Assembly: GCA_965224025.1 (NCBI GenBank)
Contig: OZ245033.1
Span: forward strand, 4,320,001-4,384,000
Source of the DNA: Candidatus Multivorans sp.
GTDB taxonomy: Bacteria; Acidobacteriota; Thermoanaerobaculia; Multivoradales; Multivoraceae
Length of the DNA stretch: 64,000 nucleotides
Direction of reading: 5' to 3'
In this document: positions 31,601-41,070 of the stretch, piece after piece
How positions within the stretch are numbered: the first letter of the stretch is position 1
How the letters are laid out: every line of letters starts with the position of its first letter
Program-made: the position numbers and the translations under genes
The notes under the pieces: generated by a model
Told to the model about the DNA's origin: nothing
Database searches by the model: none
The model's input: only the letters and a program-made list of their open reading frames with translations

Positions 31601-32171
31601 CCTGGCGTTCGTCGACGAGATCGGGCAGGCCGAGGAAGCGAGACTGCCCGGCCACACCGAAGTACGCGAAGAAGCCGTCCGCTACGGCTTCAAGCTGCTC
31701 GCGGTCAAGGACGAGTACGAAGTCGCGCGCCTGTGGCTCCAGGACCCGATCTGGGACCAGATCGCCAACGACTACGACGGCCCCGTCACTCGCCGCGTCC
31801 TCCTCCACCCGCCGACCCTGCGGCGCATGGGCTGGGGGCGGAAGATCAAGTTCGGGGCCTGGTCACGGCCGATGTTCCGGCTGCTCTACGGGGCGCGCCG
31901 GTTCAGGGGCACCGTCCTCGACATCTTCGGCGCCACCCGCCACCGCCGGCTGGAGCGCGCCCTGTTCGACTGGTACCGCGAGCTTCTGCATCGGGCGATC
32001 GACCGGCTCGACGCGGAGTCCGCGCCGCTGGTCGTCGAGGCGGCGAAACTGCCCGATTCCATCCGTGGCTACGAAGGCGTCAAGGAGCGAACGATTGCCA
32101 CCGCGAAGACTCGGGCCAGACAGCTCCTGGACCAGCTCGACGAGCAGTCCCTCGGCTCGCGCGTGGCGTGA
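28614..32171 (+). CDS. Indolepyruvate:ferredoxin oxidoreductase family protein (fused alpha/beta)
   Basis: SGYPGSPLG, FCSGCPHN, GIGCH, GDGT, CEGCGDC...NC, GIGGTGVVT, KDEYEVAR, IRGYEGVK. Confidence 0.95.
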   Translation: MTAFSLDDKYTLTEGRVAITGIQALVRLPMDQHRRDREAGLRVGAFISGYPGSPLGEYDKQLMRNGRLLAAHDVVFQPGINEETAATSIYGAQLLERFPHQRYDGVVGIWYGKTPGVDRTGDAFRHGNFIGTGKHGGVLVLAGDDTACKSSTIPGDSTISLFDLSMPVLYPGDPAEVLELGLHGIALSRFSGLWTALKVVTNVADGGAVIDLPRMAPPVLPGLEIDGRPFQKHLDMRLLPPHTVEMERQIFTERTVAALEYVHANGLDSIRCASPGDRLGLIAAGKPYRDLRLALNLLGLDEAALDRHGIRVLKLGCIAPIETRRLREFADGLEEIVVVEDKRGFIETQVRQTLYNLPNRPLVGGKETPDGEALFPMHGELEGHQMALILGAYLEQRLPDAVSAETMAGLRTGAEATDLATSLPAALPRTPYFCSGCPHNTSTQLPEGSDYAGGGIGCHAMAMWMDRGLSWLPQMGGEGACWIGLAPFTEQEHVFQNVGDGTYAHSASKAIEACIAANLHMTFRILYNSAVAMTGGQDAVGLLSSLGVAKQLQLQGMKRVILVTEDLERFPHRDDNGVEIRHRKDYDEVLKELRAIKGPTAVVYDQQCAAEKRRERKRGIQETPSQRVYINPAVCEGCGDCAAKSNCLSVAPLETEYGRKTQIHQSSCNLDYSCIEGDCPAFMTVDLGASTKPVRRAAAAPLAADEVPEPVRQLPDDATFRALLVGIGGTGVVTVDAILVTAALLEGRYAVHLDQTGLAQKGGAVVSNLLLSREPIDRANKLGEGEADLALSFDLLATVATDNIKRFSQENTAVVANTAGISPAAVITDSAARMPPLDELRKRLALFTDRDRSYFVDAEAATERLLGNSVTGNIFLVGAAYQQGLLPLESGFIEEALRANGVAVEDNIQAFRYGRLSVADPKRFRSAAGLEGPAAPTAASALETARSRIERWAPKFGPELERLLTGAPQGGELDRLLPGRVADMLLYQGAGIAERYLAFVDEIGQAEEARLPGHTEVREEAVRYGFKLLAVKDEYEVARLWLQDPIWDQIANDYDGPVTRRVLLHPPTLRRMGWGRKIKFGAWSRPMFRLLYGARRFRGTVLDIFGATRHRRLERALFDWYRELLHRAIDRLDAESAPLVVEAAKLPDSIRGYEGVKERTIATAKTRARQLLDQLDEQSLGSRVA

Positions 32172-32194
32172 AGCCCGCGTAGGATCCCCGCGCC

Positions 32195-33016
32195 GTGACG
32201 AGCCGCCGCACCGCCTCCACCCTCTGCCCTCTGCTGGCCCTCCTGCTTGCAGCAGCCACGCCGGCCTTGGCCCAACCCACGCCCCACCCGGTGCTGAGCG
32301 GATTCCTCCCCATCGACGAGTACATCCTCGAAATCGACGGTCAGGCCGATTCCAGCGCCAGGCTCTACCTCTCCCAGCGGGCCGCGGCGATGCTGATCCT
32401 CAGCGACTCCCTCGGCGAGCCGGTCCTGTTGTGGGCGCGCACGATGGCCGTGGATCGCCTGCCGGCCGCAGACCTTCTGGCCGCCGGCGGCGGCTACAAC
32501 GTGGTTGCCGAACCCGGCAAGACCTACGTCGGCGAGGCCAAGGCGGACCAGACCACCATCGACCTGCCGATCGAAGGTCGGACCGTCCGCATCCTTCCCC
32601 GGCCGCCTCTTCTGGGCGACCGCACCCTCGGCGAACTGCTGGAACACTCACCCGGCTACCGCGCAGGCATGGACGCCTTCCAACCGAACCCCGCGGCGAT
32701 GACGGCGCTCCGCGAAGCCGGACCGGCCCGCGTCCGCGTCTTCTTCGGCTCCTGGTGCGGCGTCTGCAAGCGGGTCCTGCCCAACCTGCTCGAAGTCAAC
32801 GCCGGCCTCGAAGGCTCGAACATCGCTTTCGACTACTACGGCCTGGACTCGCCCCCGGCCGGCTGGGAAGACCCCGAAGTCAAGGGCAACGAGGTCACGG
32901 GCCTGCCAATGGCGATCGTCTACCGCGACGGCGAGGAAATCGGCCGCTTCGGCGGCGCCACCGACTTCGCGCAGCCCGCCCAGGTGCTGCAGGCGCTCCT
33001 CGCCGGCTCGCAATAG
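32195..33016 (+). CDS. Exported thioredoxin-domain protein
   Basis: Signal peptide; C-terminal FFGSWCGVC...GLP. Confidence 0.85.
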   Translation: MTSRRTASTLCPLLALLLAAATPALAQPTPHPVLSGFLPIDEYILEIDGQADSSARLYLSQRAAAMLILSDSLGEPVLLWARTMAVDRLPAADLLAAGGGYNVVAEPGKTYVGEAKADQTTIDLPIEGRTVRILPRPPLLGDRTLGELLEHSPGYRAGMDAFQPNPAAMTALREAGPARVRVFFGSWCGVCKRVLPNLLEVNAGLEGSNIAFDYYGLDSPPAGWEDPEVKGNEVTGLPMAIVYRDGEEIGRFGGATDFAQPAQVLQALLAGSQ

Positions 33017-33084
33017 TCCGCGTCCCGCCCGAGGCGCGTACGACTCCCTGCCGAGCTGACACTCGCGGCAACAGGAGACAGCAC

Positions 33085-33441
33085 ATGATCGAGATGAGGA
33101 ACGAGAGAACCGGAGCCAGGCGATCCGTACCGCACCTCTGGTTCAGTTGGACCACGTTGTTTCTCGGCCCTCTGGTGCCCCTGGTTCGTGGAGACTGGAA
33201 GTGGGCGCTGATCATGTACCTGGTAATCCAGGTCGTCATGTCATCGGCCATGCTGCTGGGCGTCGCGATCGTTCAGGCAATCTCGGTCTCGCCGACGGAG
33301 TCGTTTGTCATGGGACCGGCGGTGCTCCTCGCCGCAGGGATCGCGCTGGTCGTCACCCAGCCCGTGTTCGCGACCATCTACAACCGGCGCTACTACACCG
33401 ATCTGGTGAACGACGGATTCGAAGAGTGGTCGGGTCCATGA
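33085..33441 (+). CDS. Small membrane protein (DUF2628/HrgC-like)
   Basis: AGGAG RBS; FSWTTLFLGPLVPLVRGDWKW...YNRRY...L...GF. Confidence 0.72.
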   Translation: MIEMRNERTGARRSVPHLWFSWTTLFLGPLVPLVRGDWKWALIMYLVIQVVMSSAMLLGVAIVQAISVSPTESFVMGPAVLLAAGIALVVTQPVFATIYNRRYYTDLVNDGFEEWSGP

Positions 33442-33487
33442 TGCGGAGGGCAGGACCGTCATCCACGGCCATCGCCCCAACCCAGAG

Positions 33488-34357
33488 ATGACCAAGCGCT
33501 TCACGCGCGCGGGAGACTCGCAAGGGAGTACCTGTATGAGGACGACGCTCGAAAAGCACTGGTTCTACCCGTTCCTGCCGCTTCTGCTGATTCAGTGCAG
33601 CGCGGTCACACTGCCGCAACCCGGCGAGGTCTTCTCCGACCTGCTCAACTCCGGTGAGCGTGGCCCCGAGATGGTCGTGATCCCGGCGGGCGAGTTCCTG
33701 ATGGGGTGCTTCGGTACGCCCCTGCGGCCGGGCGCCGAGTGCCATGGTCGCGAGGAGCCGGTCCGCCGGGTGAAGATCCCGCGACCGTTCGCCGTATCGA
33801 AGTACGAGGTGACGTTCCAGAACTACGACCGCTTCACCGGCGCGACTGGGCGGGCGGACGACTACGGCTGGGGACGGGGGCGGCGTCCAGCGATCAACGT
33901 CTCCTGGCCGGAAGCCCAAGCCTACGTGGAGTGGCTGTCGCGCGAGACCGGAGCAACCTACCGCCTCCTGAGCGAGACGGAATGGGAGTACGCGGCCCGA
34001 GCGGGTTCCTCAGCAAGATTGGACTGGGGCGACAACAAGGCGAACTGCGGGAGCTGCGGCAGCCGATGGGATGGAGAGCAGAGCGCGCCAGCGGGTTCCT
34101 TCCCGGCCAATTCCTGGGGCCTCCACGACATGCTGGGCAACGTCGACGAGTGGGTGCAGGACTGCTGGAACGGCGACTACATCGGTGCGCCGTCCGACGG
34201 AACCGCGTGGATCGAAGGAGACTGCGAACAGCGTGTTGTCCGCGGCGGAAACTGGATGATGGGAGGAGCACCGCGAATCCCGGTCCGAAACCGCTGGCCC
34301 GCGTCGATGCTCATGGAAATCGTCGGCTTCCGGGTCGCCCGAACCCTTGATCGCTAA
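33488..34357 (+). CDS. SUMF1/FGE-sulfatase domain protein
   Basis: PEMVVIPAGEFLMG, YEVT, RLLSETEWEYAAR, NSWGLHDMLGNV.EW, GFRVAR. Confidence 0.9.
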   Translation: MTKRFTRAGDSQGSTCMRTTLEKHWFYPFLPLLLIQCSAVTLPQPGEVFSDLLNSGERGPEMVVIPAGEFLMGCFGTPLRPGAECHGREEPVRRVKIPRPFAVSKYEVTFQNYDRFTGATGRADDYGWGRGRRPAINVSWPEAQAYVEWLSRETGATYRLLSETEWEYAARAGSSARLDWGDNKANCGSCGSRWDGEQSAPAGSFPANSWGLHDMLGNVDEWVQDCWNGDYIGAPSDGTAWIEGDCEQRVVRGGNWMMGGAPRIPVRNRWPASMLMEIVGFRVARTLDR

Positions 34358-34384
34358 GCGCCCAAGTCAATCAACGGACAGCGA

Positions 34385-37246
34385 CTACGGCCCGGCCTCC
34401 CGGCCGTTCACGACCACCGGCTCCTCCGCCGGCCCCCTGCTGCTGACATTCACGTCCGCGCCCCAGCGGCGGCCAGCCGCCCAGAGCGAGACCTCGTAAG
34501 AGCCGGGCGTCACGCAGCCGAGGCCAAACCGGCCGGATTCGGAGAAACGCACACCCTCACCGGCGCCGGTCAGGTGGGTCGCAACCTCGGCGCCGGACTC
34601 GGTCGTCACGCTGAGGAAGGAGAGTGGCTCGCCGGCGCAGTCGGACGCCCGGCACCGGAGTTCGAGCAGACGGCCGGTTGGCAGCAACTCCCGCACTCTG
34701 GATGTGCGGCTCTCCTCGACGTTCAACCCCACGCCGCCGACGCAGGCGGCGGTGTCGTTCCAGACCAGCGACACGTCGCCCATGGGCACCTTCGGATTCA
34801 CGTAGCTGCCGGCAGCGGTTGCCAGCCCGGTACCGACCACATCGCCTGAGGTGTTCACCAAGTGCAGCCAGGCACCGCCTGCGGGAGCGCCTCCGGCCCT
34901 TCGAAGCTCCACTTCGACCACGCCCGGCTCCTCGTTGCTGACTCTCAGCAACTGATGCGGCGGCGGATCGGTCCCAAGCAGGAGATTCTGCGTCACGCTT
35001 CCGGTGACGCCGCTTCTTCCCCGGCCCACCAGCGACGGCGACAGGCCGACATCGGCTTTGAGCCTGTACGAGCCCTGCGGCGCAGGCGGCAGCTCGAAGC
35101 TCCCGTCGTCGTCCGTTTCGGCGTAAGCGACCATCCTCCCCAGGTCGCCGAGCAGGGAGACCTGGCCGGCGGCCGGCGCTCCCCTCTCATCGAACAACTG
35201 ACCTCTGGCGCGGACGCCGCTCAGGTCAGCCTGGGGTAGTGGATCCGCCGGCCACAAGCGTCCGACACTGGTGCCGTCGCCAGGAAGCCAGGTCATCCAC
35301 AGCAGGTCCGCTGGGACCTTCTCGACGGCGAAGGCGCCATCCGGGCCCACCTCCGTGGACAATCTCCGCACAGAACCCGCACCAACGCCGAACACGCGCT
35401 GATGCTCGCCTCCAGCGCTCTGGGTGACGAACATGAACATCGTGGAACCCCGCCTCGGGTCCAACACGCTGCCGAAGGAAACGGTTCCCCCGGACACCGG
35501 TCGCCCATCCAGAACCAGCACGCTGCGGATCGTCCGTGTCGATAGCCGCACATCCACCGTCTGAACGTCGGCCGGGCCCTCCTCGACAGCGATTTCCTTC
35601 GAGACGCGAAGCCCGCCCGTCTCATCCGCCACCTCCAGGCGATAGGTGTCGGGAGCGGCCAGGAACTCGGCCCGAGCACTCGTTTCCTCGTCGCTCCGCT
35701 CCCCGGCGCCGGCTTCGGCCGAGGACTGCAGCGGCGTGTCGACGATCGGCGCCCCCGATTCCCGGAACCGGTCCAGTAGACGAACGGTGCCGCCGCCCAA
35801 ACCACTGACGAGGACCGCGACACGGCGGCCCGGATGCAGCCATGTTTCGCCCTGATCCGCCAACTCGTTGGCGCCCAGCGCTAGGAACCGGTCCGCAACC
35901 GGCACGTCAGGGCACTGCAGACGCAGGTGGTAGCGGCCCGCCTCGAGACCGCCGAGCAGGTACTCACCGTCCGCATCGGATACCGCCAGATGCTGGTCCC
36001 TCACTCGCGCGGTCTGGATCGCTGGGCCGCCACCCGCCAGGAGCAGCTCGACCAGGCAGCCGGCAGCGGGTTCCGCGCTCGCCGCGTCAAAGAGCCGGCC
36101 CCGCACGACCGCCCCCCGGTCCAGAGCGATCAGACCGAGGTCTACCTCGCCGGCCGGGACCGGCGCGACCCGGATGAGTGGAGACCGGAGGTAGCCGTCG
36201 GCCTGAAACGAGATGTCGACCGCGCTCTGGCCCGCGAAGTAGGCGTTGATCGGCACCGACACCGGACCGCCCGCGTCGACGACGGCGGACCCGGCACTTC
36301 CCCTCTGCACCACCCCGTAGGCCCACATCGTGAAGTTCCGGATCGGCTCACCGTCTCCCCCTACGAGTTCCACCCGAACATTGGCCGACGCCGGCGCGGC
36401 CTCCGCCTCTCCAGCCGCGTCGTCCTTGGCTACCAGCTCGAAGACGACCCGGCCAGCCCTACGCCCTTCCTCGATCGTGCGAGCGTCCGTCTCGAAACCG
36501 GGCGCCTCAGCCGTCGCCTGGAGGTTCCCCGCCGGCAGCCCAGCAAGCTCGAAGACCCCCCTCTCGGCAGTGTCCGCGCACCGCTGTCCTGGGCCGAACG
36601 AGGCGAACGCACCCGAGTCCCGCCAGAAGGCGCAGACCCGTGCTCCGGCTACCGTGTCCCCGCCCTCGCTCTCCCGGACGACGCCGTTCGCCGTTCGCCC
36701 GGCTTGAAGCCGGATCACGCCGGGCGGCGCCTCGTTCGGATACGAGCCAAAGAACGGCAGGTGCGCGGGATGATCAACGATCAGGGCAAGCCCGCGAAGC
36801 CGGGGCAGGGGATCCTCGACCACGCCCTCCGCACTCGTCGCCGTCCGCAGCAGGATCGCCTCCGTCGGGGAGGGGCCCTGAGCCGAGGACCCCGGCGTGA
36901 TCGCTCCGACAGCGGCAACCTGCTGTGCCGCCGGCCGAAGAACCGTCACCGTCGCCCCGACGGCGCGTTCGCCATTCGCCCCGAGGACGACAACCTGCCC
37001 GGGCACTGAGGGCTCCTGGCCGCCAGCCGGGGTCGCGGGCAAGAGGAAGGCACTGAAACTGGCTAGCGCGCAGAACGACCGGAGGCCGGCGCTTCGCGCC
37101 GGATGCGGGCAGGATGCCCGCGTGCCATCCGTGCGCCCCATAAACGGGCGCACGGAGTGGTTCGCGTGTGGCGCGGGTCGCGCCACACGGGTTCCCAGGT
37201 CAGATCGTTCTGCCGCGCAAGCTCCTGGCACCAACAAACATCTCAT
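34385..37246 (-). CDS. Carboxypeptidase-regulatory-like repeat protein, copy F (second subfamily, intact)
   Basis: 953-aa ORF with GGGAGG RBS, colinear with copy G; REP-derived peptide in the N-terminus. Confidence 0.82.
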   Translation of the reverse strand: MRCLLVPGACAAERSDLGTRVARPAPHANHSVRPFMGRTDGTRASCPHPARSAGLRSFCALASFSAFLLPATPAGGQEPSVPGQVVVLGANGERAVGATVTVLRPAAQQVAAVGAITPGSSAQGPSPTEAILLRTATSAEGVVEDPLPRLRGLALIVDHPAHLPFFGSYPNEAPPGVIRLQAGRTANGVVRESEGGDTVAGARVCAFWRDSGAFASFGPGQRCADTAERGVFELAGLPAGNLQATAEAPGFETDARTIEEGRRAGRVVFELVAKDDAAGEAEAAPASANVRVELVGGDGEPIRNFTMWAYGVVQRGSAGSAVVDAGGPVSVPINAYFAGQSAVDISFQADGYLRSPLIRVAPVPAGEVDLGLIALDRGAVVRGRLFDAASAEPAAGCLVELLLAGGGPAIQTARVRDQHLAVSDADGEYLLGGLEAGRYHLRLQCPDVPVADRFLALGANELADQGETWLHPGRRVAVLVSGLGGGTVRLLDRFRESGAPIVDTPLQSSAEAGAGERSDEETSARAEFLAAPDTYRLEVADETGGLRVSKEIAVEEGPADVQTVDVRLSTRTIRSVLVLDGRPVSGGTVSFGSVLDPRRGSTMFMFVTQSAGGEHQRVFGVGAGSVRRLSTEVGPDGAFAVEKVPADLLWMTWLPGDGTSVGRLWPADPLPQADLSGVRARGQLFDERGAPAAGQVSLLGDLGRMVAYAETDDDGSFELPPAPQGSYRLKADVGLSPSLVGRGRSGVTGSVTQNLLLGTDPPPHQLLRVSNEEPGVVEVELRRAGGAPAGGAWLHLVNTSGDVVGTGLATAAGSYVNPKVPMGDVSLVWNDTAACVGGVGLNVEESRTSRVRELLPTGRLLELRCRASDCAGEPLSFLSVTTESGAEVATHLTGAGEGVRFSESGRFGLGCVTPGSYEVSLWAAGRRWGADVNVSSRGPAEEPVVVNGREAGP
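37086..37199 (+). repeat. Composite REP/BIME-like element inside the copy F coding region
   Basis: Four hairpin modules matching intergenic copies at 44970, 52669 and 63843. Confidence 0.82.
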
Positions 37247-37290
37247 GGCAAAGACCTCCCTTTCGCCTTCAACTTCGACGGCCTAACTCC

Positions 37291-39952
37291 CTACTGCCCG
37301 GCCTCGCGGCCGTTGACGATCACCGGCTCCTCCAGAGCCCCTCTACTGCTTGCGCTGACCTCCGCGCCCCAGCGACGGCCCGCGGCCCAGAAGGAAACCT
37401 CGTAGGACCCGGGCGTCACGCAACCGAGGCCGAGCCGCCCGGACTCGGAGAAGCGGACGCCCTCGCCGGCGCCGGTCAGGTGGCTCGCGATCTCGGCGCC
37501 GGACTCGGTGGTCACGCTGAGAAAGGAGAGCGACTCGCCGGCGCAGTCGGCCGCCCGGCAGCGAAGTTCGAGCAGGCGGCCCATCGGGAGCGATTCCCGC
37601 AGCGGTGACGTGCGATCCGCCTCGATGTTCAGCCCGACGCCACCGGCGCAGGCAGCCGTGTCGTTCCAGACCACGGCCACCTCTCCGGCGGGCACATTTC
37701 GGGTTCTCTGCCCGCCGGCCGATGCCAAACCGCCGCCGACCACGTCGCCCGCCGCGTTGACGAAGTTGAGCCAGACACCACCGGCCGGACTGCCGTCGGC
37801 CCGCCGCAGCTCCACTTCGAGCGTGCCGGGCTCTACCTCCTCGACCCGCAGGACCTGGTGAAGCGGCGGTTCGGTGGTGATCACGAGTTCCTGGATCGCC
37901 GTTCCCACCAGGCTACCCCTGCCCTCCCGAGCGCGGCTCGGGGACACGCCGGCATTGGCCTCGATCCGGTACGAACCCGGCGGCGCCGGCGGCAGCACGA
38001 AGCGGCCGTCGTCACCAACCTCCGCGAACGCGACGACACGGCCCACGTCTCCGATCAGCGACACCTGTCCGCCGACCGGCGTGCCGTTCAGGTCGAGCAG
38101 CGAGCCGGTCACCCGAACACCGTCCAGGTGCATGCGCGGCACCGGGTCGGCCGGCCACAGCCGCCCGACGTAGGTGCCGTCGCTGGCGTACCACGTCATC
38201 CACAGCAGGTCATCGGCGACGCCGTCGACCTCGAAGGAGCCGTCCGCCCCAACAGTGGCGCGCACCGCCGGGCTTCCCATCCCCAACATCCGGCTCTGCT
38301 GCGCGCTGCCGCGGCGCTGCGAAGAGAGCTGGATCTTGAAGGTGCTCCGGGATGGCTCGAAGACGCTGCCGAAGGTAACGGCGCCGCCCGCCACCGGGCG
38401 GCCGTCCAGCACCAGGACGCTGCGGATCGTCCGGGTCGACAGCGTCACGTCGACCGTCTGCACGTCCGCCGGCCCTTCCTCGACCGCGATCTCCTGCGAC
38501 ACGCGGAGGCGGCCGGCGCCGTCGACGACGTCCAGCCCGTACAGGCCGGGGACCGCCAGGAGCTCCGCCTGCACCGCCGAGTCCCCGTCGCCACCTCGGC
38601 CTGCCCCGGCCTCTGCCGATGACCGCAGCGCCGTCTCGACGATCGGGCTCTCGATCTCCTTGAACCGATCCAGAAGGCGAACCATCCCCGCGCCCAGACC
38701 CCGGACACGGACCGCGACCCGCCGGCCGGAGTCCAGCCAGGACTCGCCCTGGTCGGCGAGTTGGTTGGCACCCAACACGACAAGTCGATCCGTGACCGGC
38801 GCCCCCGGGCATTGCAGCCGCAGGTGATAGCGGCCCGCCCCGAGGCCGCCGAGCAGGTACCGGCCGTCGGCATCGGACACCGTCAGGTGGCGTTGTCCCA
38901 TCATCAGGGCGGCAATGGCCCCCGCGCCCGGATAGAGGAGCTCGACTACGCAGCCGGCGGCGGGTTCCGCCCCAACCGCGTCGAAGAGTCGCCCCTGCAC
39001 CAGCGCCCCGGGTTCGAGAGCGATCAGGCCCAATTCGGTCTCACCGCCGGGGATCGGCGCGACGCGGACGAACCGGGACTCGAGGTAGTTCTCGGCCCGG
39101 AATGAAAGGTCGACCGTGGCATCGCCCGCGAAGGAAGCACTGATCGGTACTAGCACCGGACCCTCGGCGTCCTCGATGTCGTGCGAGGAGCCGGCCATGC
39201 GACCGACGCCGTTGGTCCGTATCGTGAAGTTCCGGATCGGCTCACCGGTGGCGCCGACGAGTTCGACGCGCACATCTCCGGCCCCCGCCGGCCCCCGCCG
39301 GCCCCGACGGCGCCTCGTCGGGCGGCTGCTCGCTGGCGACGAGTTCGAACTCGACGCGCGAGGCCCGCCGCCCCTGTTCGATCGTGCCGGCGCCCGTCTC
39401 GAAACCGGCCGCCTCGGCTGTTGCCTGGAGATTCCCGGCCGCCAGACCCGGGAGCTCGAACGCGCCCCGTTCGCCGCTGTCCGTGCAGCGCCGTAAGGTT
39501 CCAAACCAGTCGGGCAGGACCGCGTCGCGCCATGACGCACAGACGCTCGCTCCGGTCACCGAGCGCCCACCGGCAGCTTCCCGAACCACACCCTTCGCCG
39601 TGCGCCCCGGCTGCAGTCGGATGACCTCCGGTAGCGGCCGGCTCGGGTACGCGTTCACGAACGGCAGGTGAGCCGGATCGTCGATGATCACCGTCAGCCC
39701 ATGCAGCCGCGGCACGGCGTCCTCGACGACGCCGTTCTCCGCCGTCTCGCTGCGTACCAGGAACGCGTCCACCGGCGAGAGGCCGGCCCGGCTCGGCTGG
39801 ATCACCGTGACCGAGGCGTCGGCGACCGGTTCGCCGTCCGCTCCCAGGACGACGAGCTGGCCCGGAGTAGGCGTTGGTGCCTGCTGCGCCCCAAAGGGCA
39901 GGCCAGGCAGATGGAGAAGGGCAAGGCAGGCGAGAACAGAACTCAATCGCAT
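37291..39952 (-). pseudogene. Carboxypeptidase-regulatory-like repeat protein, copy G (one frameshift)
   Basis: ORFs 39242-39952 and 37291-39540 join at the CCGGCCCCCG tandem repeat (39278-39306). Confidence 0.82.
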
Positions 39953-41070
39953 GATGGAACCTCCCCGGCACGAATGGCGGCCGAACTCAACAGAAGAAAC
40001 CGAATCGGCGGCCTAAGCGGATGCTCCAGCCCGCTGCTCGCCTCCTCCAGCACCCAGTACCTCCGGCCTGGAAGCAGACTCACGTGAGGCGCGTTCGTGG
40101 GTAGTCGCAGCTTGCCCACAAGCGCATCCTGTTCCGGGTCGATGCGGTGCAGGTCCCAAACGACCTCATCACCGGTTGCGTCCCGCATCAGGACGTAGAG
40201 AGAGTCTCGATCGGCGTAGAGACCGGCGGGATAGCTGGACGCTTCCAGAGGCCACCAACCAGCCCAACCGCTCCCGCCGACGCGAAGCAACTCCGGCAAT
40301 GGCACGGGCAGGGCAGGAAAGACCTCAAGCCGCCGGCCTTCACCGACGAGTTCCTGAACGAAGGGGCCGTCCGGTGCAAACCGAAGGGCAAACGTCGAAC
40401 CCACTCGATCGCCCGTCGCAGCAAGGTCGGAAGCAGATCCGTACCACCCAAGCTCTCCCGCGAAGCCGGGCCAGGCGGCTACTTCCCGCAGCGCGCCGGG
40501 CGGCGCACCCGACCGGGAATCCGCCCCGAACGCTACGAACTCCTCTTCCCAATGCAGTAGCTCCGAGCGCCGTGTGTCATCCGTCCGACTGCCCTCCACC
40601 TAAAGCATGTCGCGCAGAGCGGCCAACTGCGTGATGCTGAACACCTCGTCGCCAGTGATGATCTGATACCGGCCTCCCCCGGCGCCGCTCGACACACCTG
40701 TCGTCCTCTCCACGTCGCTCTCCCAGAGCACGCGAACCGGTCGCAGCTTCGGGTCCAGTTCAAGGAAGCGATCCTGGTTCGGGTAGCCGTCCGCGAGCAC
40801 GTACCCTCGTCCCCACGGCTGAATGCCCCACGGCGACACGAAGTTCAGCGCCGGATCCGTGCTCTCCCGGCCGTTGACGATCCGCACGAGCCCCTCAGCC
40901 ACGCCGTAGACGAGCAAGCGGGACTGGTGCGGATCCGCAACCACGAACTGTTCGTCGTCCATCCACACGCCCATCAGGAGGCCGAGCATCGGCAGTTCCG
41001 AGACTTCCAGTGGGCGGCAGGCGGCTCCGGGCATGTCGATGGCCGAGCAGCCACCCAGGAGCAGTGGGAC
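39943..41070 (-). pseudogene. Lipoprotein, probably beta-propeller, 5'-truncated with an internal TAG
   Basis: VPLLLGG-C lipobox without a start codon; VVADPHQSRLLVY and FVSPWGIQP blade-like motifs; TAG at 40600-40602; stop overlaps the copy G start. Confidence 0.65.

Noticed and set aside
32065-33084. N-terminal 340 aa of ORF 32065-33441
   Set aside because: Overlaps the thioredoxin gene in another frame; the real start is ATG 33085 with an RBS.
12620-40602. In-frame TAG codons at 12620 and 40600 as amber readthrough or recoding
   Set aside because: TAG is used as a normal stop elsewhere (3600, 44954). The 12620 codon is one change from the Trp codon in copy A, and both genes carry other lesions.
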